Assembly: GCA_028826165.1 (NCBI GenBank)
Contig: JAPDFW010000058.1
Coordinates: forward strand, 62,001-126,000
Source of the DNA: Anaeramoeba ignava BMAN
Lineage: Eukaryota > Protista > Anaeramoebae
Length of the DNA: 64,000 nucleotides
Reading direction: 5' to 3'
Part shown: one piece after another, positions 1 to 12,289 of the stretch
Position numbering within the stretch: the first letter of the stretch is position 1
Layout: every line of letters begins with the position of its first letter
Notes under the pieces: generated by a model
Told to the model about the DNA's origin: nothing
Databases searched by the model: none
Seen by the model: only the letters and a program-made list of their open reading frames with translations
Position numbers and translations under genes: made by a program

Positions 1-2058
1 TGATAATTGGAATAATAATCAAAATCAAATTGAAAATCAATCAAAATTTCAAAGAAATGATAATTGGAATAATAACCAAAATCAAATTGAAAATGAATCA
101 AAATTTCAAAGAAATGATAATTGGAATAATAATCAAAATCAAATTGAAAATCAATCAAAATTTCAAAGAAATGATAATTGGAATAATAATCAAAATCAAA
201 TCGAAAATCAATCAAAATTTAAAAGAAATGATAACAGAAAAAATGAACATAATCAAAATATCCTCCCACTTGAACAAATGGTTCAACAACCAAAGGAAGA
301 TTTCATGCAGAACAAAAACCAAAACCAAAATTATATGGATCAAAATATTCCATACAGTTCAATAAAACCTCAAAGAAAAGCAATTCATATAGAAGAAGAA
401 AAACAATCACATTTTTCACCAAATTTTCAAGCAAAAAATCAAAATCAAAATCAAAATCAAAATCAAAATCAAAATCAAAATGATTCAAAATCAGTAAATT
501 GATTTTTCTTTTAAACAAAATTCAATATAAATATAAATACAATTTTTTTTTTGATATTAGTCAAATCTTCTATTTAATACTTATTTTCACCACGACGAAA
601 AAGAAATTGAACGTTTATTAAAAGAAGGTGCATTATCTCATGATTTTGAAGTAAATTAATTTTTTTGAAATAAATACTTTCCCTTTTATTTATCACAAAA
701 ACAAACATATTTTTTTTTATTTCAAAAATTAGAATGTAAACTTTTTTTTACAATTTTGATTAAATTTTGATTAAAATTAAAATTAAAAAAAAAAGAATAC
801 ACCTCTTCACGCAGCAATCCAAAGTCATTGTTCTCATAATATTATTCGTCTTTTATTAAATCATGGAGCAAAAGTTAATATGCGAAATGTATTAAAATGA
901 AAATGAACATTTTGATTTACATTTTCTAAAAATATCCTTTTTTTTTAGAGCGTAATTCTTGAATTGTTTCATTTTCTTATTAGATTTTGATTTTGATTTT
1001 TATTTTTTGAATTTAGTTTGTAAATTTTTTTTTCCTTTTAAATTAAAAAATTAAAAATAAAATATTTGATTTTTGGATTGAAATATTATTAGGATCTTCC
1101 TCCATTATATTATGCATGCAAATCTGGATATCCAGTTACAAAATTACTTTTAGATTTTGGAGCAAATCCAAATTTACTTTTTGTATTAATTATTTACGAT
1201 TAAAACAAAAATTTTTTTTTTGATTTAGAAAATTAATTATTTGATAAAATAGCCAGTAAATAATTTTTGGATTTATTTAAAAAATAATTCTAAAATGATC
1301 TTTTTTTCTTTTTAGATTGTAATAAAAAAAAAATAAATTAAAAATTCGAAAATTAAAAATTCGAAAATTAAAATAAATAGGAAGAACAATTTTGTCAAGA
1401 TCAAAAAACAGAAGATCTAATAATAAGATACAATTCGTTAGTTGAAGATATGCAAAATTTACTGAATAATCAATTCACGAGTGATCTATCAATTAGAACA
1501 AAAGATGGAAGAATTCTTGTTCACAAAAATATAGTTTCAATCCGGATTGGATCGATAACAGTTCTTCAAGATATTTTTTCAAAATATTCAACAAATGTAG
1601 CGAATGATATAGCAGAATGGATTTATGGGAAAAATGAAACGGAAGTTCAATTTTTATCGAATATTCATTTCTTTATGGAACAATTAGGAATTAAAAATTG
1701 GGAAAAACTTTCAGGAAGAAACGGTTTACTTCAAGATCTTTCGAGACTTTTTAGAGATGAAAAATCAATGGATTGTGAAATTGTTATTAATAATCAAAGT
1801 TTCAAAGTTCATCGCTCAGTTTTAATGGCAAGAAGCAATTTTTTCCTTGAAGTTTTTAAAGGAAACTTAAGTATTCATCGTGAAAAAAAATCTTTTTTAA
1901 CTCAAACTATTCAAGAATTGATTCATTTCTTTTATTTTGATGAGATTTCTTCTGGTTTACCAAAATCTGTTTTGAATGAACTTAAAGAAGCAGTTTCATA
2001 TTATGAATTGAATCCAAATACTTATTTGATTCATCTTTTGAATTTTTATGCGAATTAA
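1..2058 (+). CDS. Ankyrin-repeat + tandem BTB/POZ protein, 5' partial, multi-exon
   Basis: Frame is open from nt 2 through a DNWNNNQNQIENQSKFQRN repeat. GT-AG joined exons at about 561-650, 796-888 (NTPLHAAIQSHCSHNIIRLLLNHGAKVN, ankyrin), 1093-1182 (DLPPLYYACKSGYPVTKLLLDFGANPN, ankyrin) and 1381-2058, which holds two BTB motifs (SDLSIRTKDGRILVHKNIVSIR; DCEIVINNQSFKVHRSVLMARSNFF). Confidence 0.8.
2..232 (+). repeat. 57-bp coding tandem repeat (about 4 copies, 19 aa unit)
   Basis: gataattggaataataatcaaaatcaaattgaaaatcaatcaaaatttcaaagaaat recurs at a 57-nt period. Confidence 0.85.
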
Positions 2059-2221
2059 GATCAAAAAGAAAAAAAGCAATTTTTCTTTTTCAAATTTTTT
2101 TTTCCGTTTTTTTTTTTAATAAAAAGAAAAAAACAAACAATTTTATTTTTCCTTTTTTTTTTAATTCATTTTTTCTTTTTTTCTTTTCTAAAATAAAATA
2201 AAAAAACAAATTTAATAATTA

Positions 2222-4242
2222 ATGACAAACAAATATCCTAAAAATAAATCAAGATTTATTTTTGAAAAACTTGAACAAATTCAACAATCATTCAAATTAA
2301 AAAATAGGAATGAAGAATATAAATTGGAATATGAACTTTTTTTAACAAGTGAGGGAAATGTATTAAAAGAAAGAGAAAAAGAAAATGAATTCCCTTTTAA
2401 TCAAGTTTGAATTATTTTTTGGAATTGGTTTTATTTATTAATTATAATTATTTTTTTTAAAATTAAAACAATTTAAAGAAAAAACCGAAAATGAGATTAA
2501 TTACTTTTAAAAATACTGAGGATTCTTTTTTAGTCATTACATCTGGTTTAAGTATTTATATTATTAATTCTGATTGGGACAAAAATGTAAAAAAGCAAAT
2601 TTGTTTTTCAATTATTTTTCAATTATTTTTATCAAACTTTTTTATATAAAAAAGAAAACAATTAAAACAGAAAATTTTGCATCTTTTCCCTTTACTTTTG
2701 ATTGTAAACAAACTGATAACAAAGAAATGGATATAATAATTGGGTTTTCTTCTAATGATTTCATTTTGGGAAATTTAAGCGCTGAGAATCGATTAAAATT
2801 TTATCCTAAAGTGAAAATTAATTAAAATGAAAATTATCCAAAAAAAATAAATAATTAATAAATAAATAATAAATATTTAGAGATCAATATTAACAGATCC
2901 CATAACATGTATTCGTTGGATTCCTAATACAGAAAAATGTATTATGACTTCTGATTTAAGAGGCAATTTTATTATTTACAATCTTGATTTAGTAGAGTTT
3001 AATAAACCAAATATAACAGAATTAAGAAAGAAAAAGTAAACAAATCAAATATTAATAATAATATTATTATTGAAACAAAATTTATGATTTATATATTTTT
3101 TTTGATTTAAAAGAACTGATATTTGGGTCAATCCTCGTAAATTCCAAAACCCAACGCATATCATTCACGCAAGTGATTCAGCAATTAAACAATTTGAATT
3201 TTCACCAAAAGACGGGAAATATGTTGCTTTAGTTGATAAAAATGGATATTTGAGGATATATAACTCTGAAGGCGATAAATGGGAGAGAATTTGTAATTTT
3301 AAGAGTTATTTTGGAGGATTAAATTGTATGTCATGGAGTTCAAATCAAAAATATATTTTAACTGGTGGAGAAGATGATTTAGTTTCACTTTGGGATTTTG
3401 AGCAAAAAAAGCTTCTAAAAAGATTTGAATCTCATCATTCTTGGATTACATCAGTTGCTTTTGATGTTTCTAATCAAAATGCAAATTATATATCTAAAGA
3501 AAATGAAAATACAATCAATATCAATAGTAATAGTAGTTTGAGTGATGATGATATAATATTGGATGGTGGTCCTAATATTGATAAATCTAAAGAAGTTAAA
3601 GAAGAGAAAGAAATATTACGTTTTGGATCTGTTAGTGAGGATTCTCATTTGTGTATTTGGGAATATCGAAATTTAAATGAAAATGAAAATGAAAATGAAA
3701 ATGAAAATCAAAATGAAAATTTAAATGAAAATGAAAATCAAAATCAAAATCAAAATGAAAATCAAAATCAAAATCAAAATGAAAATGAAAATGAAAATGA
3801 AAATCAAAATCAAAATCAAAATCAAAATCAAAATCAAAATGAAAATGAAAATGAAAATGAAAATGAAAATCAAAATGAAAATCAAAATCAAAATCAAAAT
3901 CAAAATCAAAATGAAAATGAAAATGAAAATCAAAATGAAAATCAAAATCAAAATCAAAATCAAAATCAAAATCAAAATCAAAATCAAAATCAAAATCAAA
4001 ATCAAAATCAAAATCAAAATCAAAATCAAAATCAAAATCAAAATGACTTTTCTCAACAAAAAAAATTATCCAAAAATTCATTAGAATATGTTAAAGTTCA
4101 TCATTCTCCTTTAACTGATTTACTTTTTAATGAAAAATATATCTTCACTTTATGCACAAAAGGTCTAGTTAAGTTTTGGAAAAAATCACAAAATCAAAAT
4201 TCAAGATCCACAATTTTAGATCAAATTATTCAATATAAATAA
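2222..4242 (+). CDS. WD40 protein, WDR20/DMWD/CreC-like, with a long NE/NQ insertion; about 5 exons
   Basis: [41 protein letters not shown] and [15 protein letters not shown] match WDR20/CreC motifs. Introns at about 2405-2478, 2587-2654, 2811-2880 and 3036-3113 keep the frame. Confidence 0.75.
3675..4045 (+). repeat. Coding hexamer microsatellite (AATGAA/AATCAA)n = poly-NE/NQ
   Basis: Seen directly; in frame within the WD40 ORF. Confidence 0.95.
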
Positions 4243-4420
4243 TTAAATCCAAAAATTTATTTTAATTTTAATTTTAATTTCCCAATTAATTTTCTAATTT
4301 TTTTTAAAATAAAAAAAGAGAAAAAAAATTTTTAAAAAGAAAAACAAAAAAAAAAGTTTTCATTTTTTTCCTCATTTCAATTTAAAAAAAAAATCCAAAA
4401 AAAAAAAACCATCAAAAACA

Positions 4421-7400
4421 ATGTAAAAAATAATTAAAATTAAAATTAAAATTAAAATTAAAATTAAAATTTTTTGAATTAAAATTAAAAATTTTTTTAT
4501 TGAAAAGGCAAGAAAATTCAAAACCAAAAACAAAAACGCCACAAGAAGAACTTTCACTTGTTGTTGAAGCTGAAAAAGAAACAGAACAATTAATAGTTGG
4601 AGAGACTTGGTATTTACTTGATTATAAATGGTGGATCAAATGGCAAAAATATGTCAAATATCATACAGATGAAACTGATGATAATCCTCAACCTGATGCT
4701 ATTGATAACTCTTCTTTACTTACTGAAGACCTTCAAGAGTTAAAACCAGAACTTGTTGAAAATCAAGATTATACTTTAGTTTCTGAAAAAGTTTGGGAAG
4801 TTCTTGTTTCAATGTAAAATAATTTTATCATTTTTGCCACTTGAAAAAATTAAAATTACAATTAAAATTAAAATTAAAATTAAAAATAAAATTATAATTC
4901 AAATTAAAATTAAAATTAAAATTAAAATCAAAATTAAAAATAAAATTCAAATTAAAATTAAAATTAAAATTAAAATTAAAATTATAATTAAAATTAAAAT
5001 TAAAATTAAAATTAAAATTAAAATTAAAATTAAAATTAAAATTAAAATTAAAATTAAAATTAAAATTAAAATTAAAATTAAAATTAAAATTAAAATTAAA
5101 ATTAAAATTATAATTAAAATTAAAATTAAAATTAAAATTAAAATAATTAAAATTAAAATTAAAATTAAAATTAATATTATAAATAAAAATCAAAATTAAA
5201 ATTAAAATTAAAATTAAAATTAAATTTAAAATTAAAAATTAAAATTAAAATTAAAATTAAAATTAAAATAAAATTAAAATTAAAATTTCGAAAAATTAAA
5301 ATTAATATTAAAATAAAAATTAAAATTAAATTAAAATTAAAATTATAATTAAAATTAATATTAATATTATTGTTCAAAATCAAAATTAAAATTTTAAAAT
5401 TTAAATTAAAATTAAAAATAAAATTAAAATTAAAATTAAAATTAAAATTAATATTAAAATTAAAAATTTAAAATTAAAATTAAAATTTAAAATTAAAAAG
5501 AATTAAAATTAAAATTAAAATTAAAATTAAAATTAAAATTGAAATTAAAATTAAAATTAAAATTAAAATTAAAATTAAAATTAAAATTAAAATTATAATT
5601 AAAATTAAAATTAAAATTAAAATTAAATTTAAAATTAAAACAATTATAATTAAAATTAATATTAAAAATTAAAATTAAAATTAAAATTATAATTAAAATT
5701 AAAATTAAAATTAAAAATAAAAATTAAAATTAAAATTATTAAAATTAAAATTAAAATTATAATTAAAATTAAAATTAAAATTAAAATCAAAATTAAAAAT
5801 AAAAATTAAAATTAAAATTAAAATTAAAATTAAAATTAAAATTAAAATTAAAATTAAAATTAAAATTAAAATTAAAATTAAAATTAAAATTAAAATTAAA
5901 ATTAAAATTAAAATAAAAATTAAAATTAAAATTAAAATTAAAATCAAAATTAAAATTAAAAATAAAAATAAAAATAAAAATTAAAAATTAAAATCATTAT
6001 AAAAAATAAGTTATTCTGGTGGACCAGCAATTCCTCGAAAAGTTATTGAAATTAGTCTTAGTAAAACAACAAAAGTGGAAGTTTATCCAATGAGATTATC
6101 ATTCATTTTGAATAGTGAAACAAAAATTTTTGAATTTAGTTGCATTTCCAAAATTTCTGATGTAGCAGATCAAGTTTCTAAAGAATTTAAACTTCCAAAA
6201 GAAAATTGTAAATTAAAAAAAAAAGATTTAAAAGATTTAAAATGGAAAATTAATTGAAAAATTTAAAATAACAAAAAAAAAAGATATTCTTTGCATTATT
6301 ACTGCAGATTATTTCAAAATTCTCAAACCTGAAAAAACTATTGAAACATCTAAATTAACACAAGGAGATAAAATTTATATTTTTTTAAAAGATAAATTTG
6401 ATTCTTTAAATCAAAACAAGTATTTTAAAATTAAAATTAAAATAAAATTAAAATTAAAATCAAAATCAAAATTAAAATTAAAATTTAAATTTAAATTAAA
6501 ATTAAAATCAAAATTAAAATTAAAATTTAAATTTAAATTAAAATTAAAATCAAAATTAAAATTCATTTTAAAATTAAAAATTAAAATTAAAAATAAAAAT
6601 AAAATTAAAATTAATATTATAATTCAAAATTAAAATTAAAATTAAAATTAAAATTAAAATAAAATCATTTCCAAAAAAAAGACAAAATCTCAAAATTAAT
6701 ATTCAAGATGGAGGACTTGTTGGTTTGAGTAATCTTGGAAACACTTGCTTCATGAATAGTGGTTTACAGTGCCTTTTTCATTCAATGCCACTTGTTCATT
6801 ATTTCTTAACAGATGAATATAAAAATCATATTAATAAAACTAATCCTATTGGAATGAAAGGAAAATTAGCAAAACAATTTGGAGCACTTGCAAAAGCAGT
6901 ATGGATAATTTTAATTAAAAATTTAAAATTCATTTTGGAATTAAAATTAAAAATAAAATTAAAATTAAAATTCATTTTGAAATCAAAATTAAAATTATAA
7001 TTAAAATTAAAATTAAAATAAAATTAAAATTAAAATTAAAATTAAAATTAAAATTAAAATTAAAATTAAAATTATATTTAAAATTAAAATTCATTTTGAA
7101 ATCAAAATTATAATTAAAATTAAAATCGGATAAAAAATTATAATTAAAATTAAAATTAAAATTAAAATTAAAATTAAAATTATAATTTAAAATTTAATTT
7201 AAAATTCATTTTGAAAATAAAAATAAAATTCATTTTGAAAATTAAGATTTGGTCAAGTTCTCCATTTGGATCACTCTCACCAAGAAACCTTAAATTTGTT
7301 ATCGGACAATTTGCATCACAATTTATGGGATACGGACAACAAGATAGTCAAGAATTAATAGGATTTTTATTAGACGGATTGCACGAAGATCTTAACAAAA

Positions 7401-8830
7401 TAATAAAAAAACCATTACCACAAGAAGTCAAGACAGAAAACAAAAGCGACGAGGAGCTTTCACGAGATTTTTGGAGCGCACATGTTGCACGTAATGATTC
7501 AGTGATTGTAGATATCTTTCAAGGACAAGTCAAAAGTCGACTACACTGTCCAAAATGCAGCAAAATTTCAATCACTTTTGATCCTGTAATGTACTACTCA
7601 CTTCCACTCCCACAAATAAACGAGCTGCGGATCCCAGTGACTGTTGTTCCGCTCGAGAATCCACCAACAACATATCTGATCCACGCTGAAAGCCCTGCGC
7701 ATGTCAATAATGTTCTTGAAGGAATATCGAAGTGCACGAAGATTCCAACAGATAATTTGGTGCTGTCAGAAATTTTCCAAAAAAAAATATACAAAAATTT
7801 CTCTCCCAGTGAAAAATTCAATCCTTCTCCGCGCGATGTGTTTTTCTCATACGAGGTGTCTCCGGTAAATCAAGAGACGGAGAACAAAAGAAAAAGGAGT
7901 CTGGTGTCTGTATTGCAGTACCAATTTGTTCAATCCAAAAACCAGCAAAAAATGTCACTTTCAAGAATAGGAAATCCGTTGATAATTGATTTCGGCGGAC
8001 CAGAAATCACACTTGAGAAATTGCGTGAGAAAATTGCGCAACGGTTCACTCACATTACATCCAAATTGCCCGATTGGGAAACCATTAAACAGAACGCGAA
8101 AGAAAACAAATTCGAAAATATTTATTCTAATTGGGAATTCAAAAACGATCCAAAAAATCATTTTTTCTGCGTTTTCCAAATTGGATACACAAGCGATCTG
8201 GAAAAAAAGTTCGCAGGCAACGAGACAATCCCTTTCCCGCAACGATCCACAATTGGAATTGTGTGGGATCCTATGCTGACAAGCCAGGAATTAATCAACG
8301 ATGAAATTTTATTGCAAACAATTAAACATGAAAGTTTTGTTCAATACACGAAAAAGAAAAAAGCCGATGCAACACTTTTTGAGTGTGTTGAGCAGTACAT
8401 AACCGAGGAGCAGTTGAGTTCAACAGACAAATGGTATTGCCCGCATTGCAAGGAGTTTGTTCAGGCGTACAAGAAAATGGATTTTTGGAAAATGCCAAAT
8501 ATTTTGATAATTCAGCTTAAAAGATTTTCTTATACTCGATATTATCGCTCCAAAATTGACAAGTTCATTGAATTTCCTGAGATTTTGGATCTTTCTCCGT
8601 ACATCTCTGTTCAGCAAGAAACTCCCCCTGTTTATAGGCTTATTGCTGTCTCAAATCACTATGGTGGTTATGGTGGTGGTCATTATACTGCTTATTGTTT
8701 TCATGAACCTTCAAAGAAATGGTATAGTTTTAATGATAGTTCAGTCTCGAAAATTTCTAGTTTTGAAGAAACTCTTTCTTCTGCTGCTTATGTTCTGTTT
8801 TATCAGAAGATTTCTCCAAAACAAAAATAA
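4421..8830 (+). CDS. Ubiquitin C-terminal hydrolase, USP4/11/15 family (DUSP-UBL-USP), 6 exons
   Basis: DUSP motif WYLLDYKWWIKWQKYV...IDNSSLL; Cys box GLSNLGNTCFMNSGLQCL; QQDSQELIGFLLDGLHEDLN; His box VSNHYGGYGGGHYTAY...WYSFNDS. Exons 4421-4422, 4508-4813, 6011-6207, 6284-6419, 6682-6898, 7247-8830. Confidence 0.92.
4845..5995. repeat. (AAAATT)n microsatellite filling USP intron 2 (4814-6010)
   Basis: About 1.15 kb of degenerate AAAATT hexamers between a GT donor and an AG acceptor. Shorter copies fill introns 6420-6681 and 6899-7246. Confidence 0.95.
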
Positions 8831-8831
8831 T

Positions 8832-9242
8832 TCAATTAAATCAAATCAAATCAAAACAAAACAAATCAAAACAAAACAAATCAAAACTAAAATAAAATCA
8901 AATTAAATTAAATTGAATTAAATTGAATCAAATTAAATTATTAAATAAAACAAATTAAATCAAAATAAAACAAATTAAATTAAATTAAATTGAATCAAAT
9001 TAAATTAAATAAAAATCAAAACAAATCAAATTAAATAAATAAATCAAACAAATTGAATCAAATTAAATTAAATTAAATTAAATTAAATCAAATTAAATTA
9101 AATCAAATTAAATTAAATTAAATCAAATTAAATTAAACCAAATTAAATTAAATCAAATTAAATTAAATTAAATTAAAATTAAATTAAATTAAATCAAATT
9201 AAATTAAATTAAATTAAATTAAATCAAATTAAATTAAATCAA
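8832..9242. repeat. Pentamer microsatellite (AAATT/AAATC/AAAAC)n between convergent genes
   Basis: 5-nt periodicity, e.g. aaattaaattaaattaaatcaaatt. Confidence 0.9.
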
Positions 9243-9456
9243 TAATTTTCTTTTCTTCAACATTTTCAAGAAAGTTTTTAAAAAAAAGCAATTTAAATTT
9301 TAATTAAAAATCCCAAAAATAAAAAATAAAAAATAAAAACTAAAATTTTCAAACTAAATTCCATTTTTAATTCCATTTTAATTTTAATTTTATAAATGAA
9401 TTTTAATTTGAATTTAAATTTAAATTTTATTGGAAAATTCTTCAATAATTCTTATA

Positions 9457-9804
9457 TTATTTCTTTTTTTGACATTCCCAAAGAATTTCAAGTAAATTTT
9501 TGCATTTTTCTGGTTTTTTCTTTTGAAGACAAATCATATATTTTTCAAGTTGTTCAAAACATTTAGAATTGAGTTTAAAAACAGTATCAACACTTTTAAA
9601 AAATAATTTAAAATTTAATTTTAAAATTTAAAATTTTAAAATTTGAATTTATAATAAAAAAACATACTAATTATCTCTACATTTTTCAAGAGATTTAATT
9701 TCTTTTAAACATTTTGATTGGTCTTTATTTTTATCCATACAAGAAACAAGTTTAGTAAATTCAAAAATACAAACTTTTTCAATATCTTTTTCTCTAATTT
9801 CCAT
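9457..9804 (-). CDS. Small 90-aa protein with four CX9C motifs (CHCH type; Mix14/CHCHD5/NDUFA8-like architecture), 2 exons
   Basis: Exons 9804-9668 and 9592-9457 joined across a GTATG...AAAG intron give MEIREKDIEKVCIFEFTKLVSCMDKNKDQSKCLKEIKSLEKCRDNYVDTVFKLNSKCFEQLEKYMICLQKKKPEKCKNLLEILWECQKKK*. All 8 Cys fall in exact CX9C pairs. Confidence 0.85.
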
Positions 9805-10032
9805 TTTATTAATTAAAAAAAAAAAAATGAAAAAAAAATGAAAAAAAAATAAAAAAAAATGAAAATTAAATTAAAAAACACCCCTTTTTAAAAATAAAAA
9901 AAAAAACAATTTTTGTTTATTTTCGTTTTCATTTTTTTCTTTTTCTCATCAATTTCTTTCTTTTTTTTTTCATCTAAAATCATTTCTCAATTAAAAAATT
10001 TACATCAAAATTTAAATTAATAAAAAAAAATA

Positions 10033-12023
10033 ATGGGAAATATTGCTCATACAAAAACAACAATTAAGAAAAGTCAGAAAAAAAAATATTTTAGATTAAT
10101 TTCCAGATCAAAAGAACCTGTTTTACTTGTTGATACACAAAATAAATACGTTAAAGGAAATCAAGCAGCAGTTCAATTATTTGAAGGAAAGAATTTCGAA
10201 GAATTACAAAGTGCTGGTGTTGAAAAATTAACACCAAAAGTTCAACCTCATTTAAAAATGGATAGTCAAAGTGCTGTTGTTGCTTTTATTAATAATGCTG
10301 TTGAGTAATTTTCGAATTTAAAAATTAAAATTCATTTATAAAATTGAAATTCATTTTATTAAAATTAAAATAATTCATTTATAAAATTAAAATTAAATTT
10401 AAAATTCATTTATAAAATAAAAAATTAAAAATTTATAAAAAAATTTAAATCAAAATTAAAATTCATTTATAAAATTAAAATTAAAATTCATTTATAAAAT
10501 TAAAATTAAAATTAAAATTAAAATCAAATTAAAATTAAAATTCATTTATAAAATTATAATAAAATTAAATTTAAAATTAAAATTCATATTAAAATTAAAA
10601 TTAAAATTCATTTTGAAATTAAAATTCATTTATAAAATTAAAATTAAAATTAAAATTAAAATTAAAATTCATTTATAAAATTAAAATTAAAATTAAAATT
10701 AAAATTAAAATTCATTTATAAAATTAAAATTAAAATTAATTTTAAAATTAAAATTCATTTATAAAATTAAAATTAAAATTAAAATTAATTAAAATTAAAA
10801 TTCATTTATAAAATTAAAATTAAAAATTAATATAAAATTAAAATTAAAATTCATTTATAAAATTAAAATTAAAAATTAAAATTAAAAATTAAAATTAAAT
10901 TAAAATTAAAATTAAAATTAAAAATTTATAAAATTAAAATTAAAATTAAAATTAAAATTTAAAATTCATTTATAAAATTAAAATTAAAATTAAAATTAAA
11001 ATTTAAAATTAAAATTCATTTATAAAATTAAAATTAAAATTATAATAAAATTAAAATTAAAATTAAAATTAAAATTGAAATTAAAATCAAAATTAAAAAT
11101 TTAGAAAAAATCAAGGATATCAAGACTTCGACTTCCAACATATTACAGTAACAGGAAAACCATTCTGGGTTCACATTTGGATTACACCAATCAACTTAGG
11201 AGGAGAATTAATAGTTCAAAAAGTACTAAGAAAAATTGATGCACCAAAAAATGAAAAATCATTTGAATTTTCAAGTTTACCAGATCTCAAAATCATATCA
11301 CCAGATCTCCAAATATCAAAAACAACACAATTCCCAATATCAAGCAACTCGGAAGTGAATGTATCCAAAAATTTTACTGATTTAGTTGCGCCTCAATTGT
11401 CATCAGATTCATCACAAGCACAAACACCAACAACACCAACACAATCACAATCAAAAATTCAAAACTTAACAAGTGGAAATGAATCAGATCCTGATGAATT
11501 CATGCAAAATTACGGTCATGAAAATGAAAAAAGACATCATCGAAGTTTGTCAACTACACTTTCTTCTCATAAACCAACGGAAGAACTAGAGAAATTACTT
11601 CAAGAGATCAAAAAGCAAATTCAATCGTTAAGCAATAAAGAAATTGAGGATCCTATTCTTAAAAATTTGGATGAGATCTCAGAATGTTTTAAAGGATCAA
11701 TCCAAAAAAGAGATGAACAAATTGAAAAATTTTTTGATAAACTTTCCACTGAAAGAAAAGAACATGACAAGAAATATGAAAAACTTGAAGCACATTTTCA
11801 AAGAAGACTTAGTGGTTTGGAAACTGAAAAACAAGACAAGAAAACTTTTTTGGAAGAAGGTTTTCGAATGAAAAAAGCTTTTAATTTAATCTCAAAATAT
11901 TCTCAAGAACAAGACAAAATTATCGATAAACTTGGTCGTGCAATTTTGAGTTTGAAAGAAAATAATATTATTAAAATTGATAATTTCGATGAATTTTCTT
12001 CTTTTTCTGATGATGAATTTTAA
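10033..12023 (+). CDS. PAS-domain protein with C-terminal coiled coil, 2 exons
   Basis: Exon 1 (10033-10304) has PVLLVDTQNKYVKGNQAAVQLF. After intron 10305-11104 the frame reads GYQDFDFQHITVTGKPFWVHIWITPI (PAS/PAC strands) and continues into ORF 11355-12023. N-terminus is MGN. Confidence 0.8.
10320..11100. repeat. Intronic (AAAATT)n array with interspersed CATTTAT units
   Basis: Seen directly inside the PAS gene intron. Confidence 0.9.
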
Positions 12024-12289
12024 AATTTAAAATCCAAATCAAAATTAAAAATTTAAAATTCAAAATTAAAATAAATCAAAATCAAATCAAAATCAAAATC
12101 AAATCAAAATCAAATCCAAATTTAAAAATCAAAATCAAATCCAAATTTAAAATTTAAATCAAAATTCATTTTTAATTTTTTAATTTTTTAAATCTTTTTT
12201 CTTTGTTTTTTTTTTTCAAATTAAAAATAAAAATTAAAATTAAAAAAAAAAAACAAATCATTTTTTTCTCATTTGTTTTAAAAAAAAAA

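Noticed and set aside
3632-5947. ORFs of poly-IK, poly-ILIL, poly-FNFN or poly-FDFD, here and at 17373-17745, 20694-21085, 30356-31273, 45614-45848 and 63601-63967
   Set aside because: They are stop-free readings of hexamer microsatellites in introns and spacers, or antisense to NQ tracts, not genes.
7594-8906. Overlapping short ORFs in the higher-GC part of the USP gene, and similar ones inside MDN1, CNOT10 and the RCC1 genes
   Set aside because: Alternative-frame or antisense by-products with no recognisable motifs.
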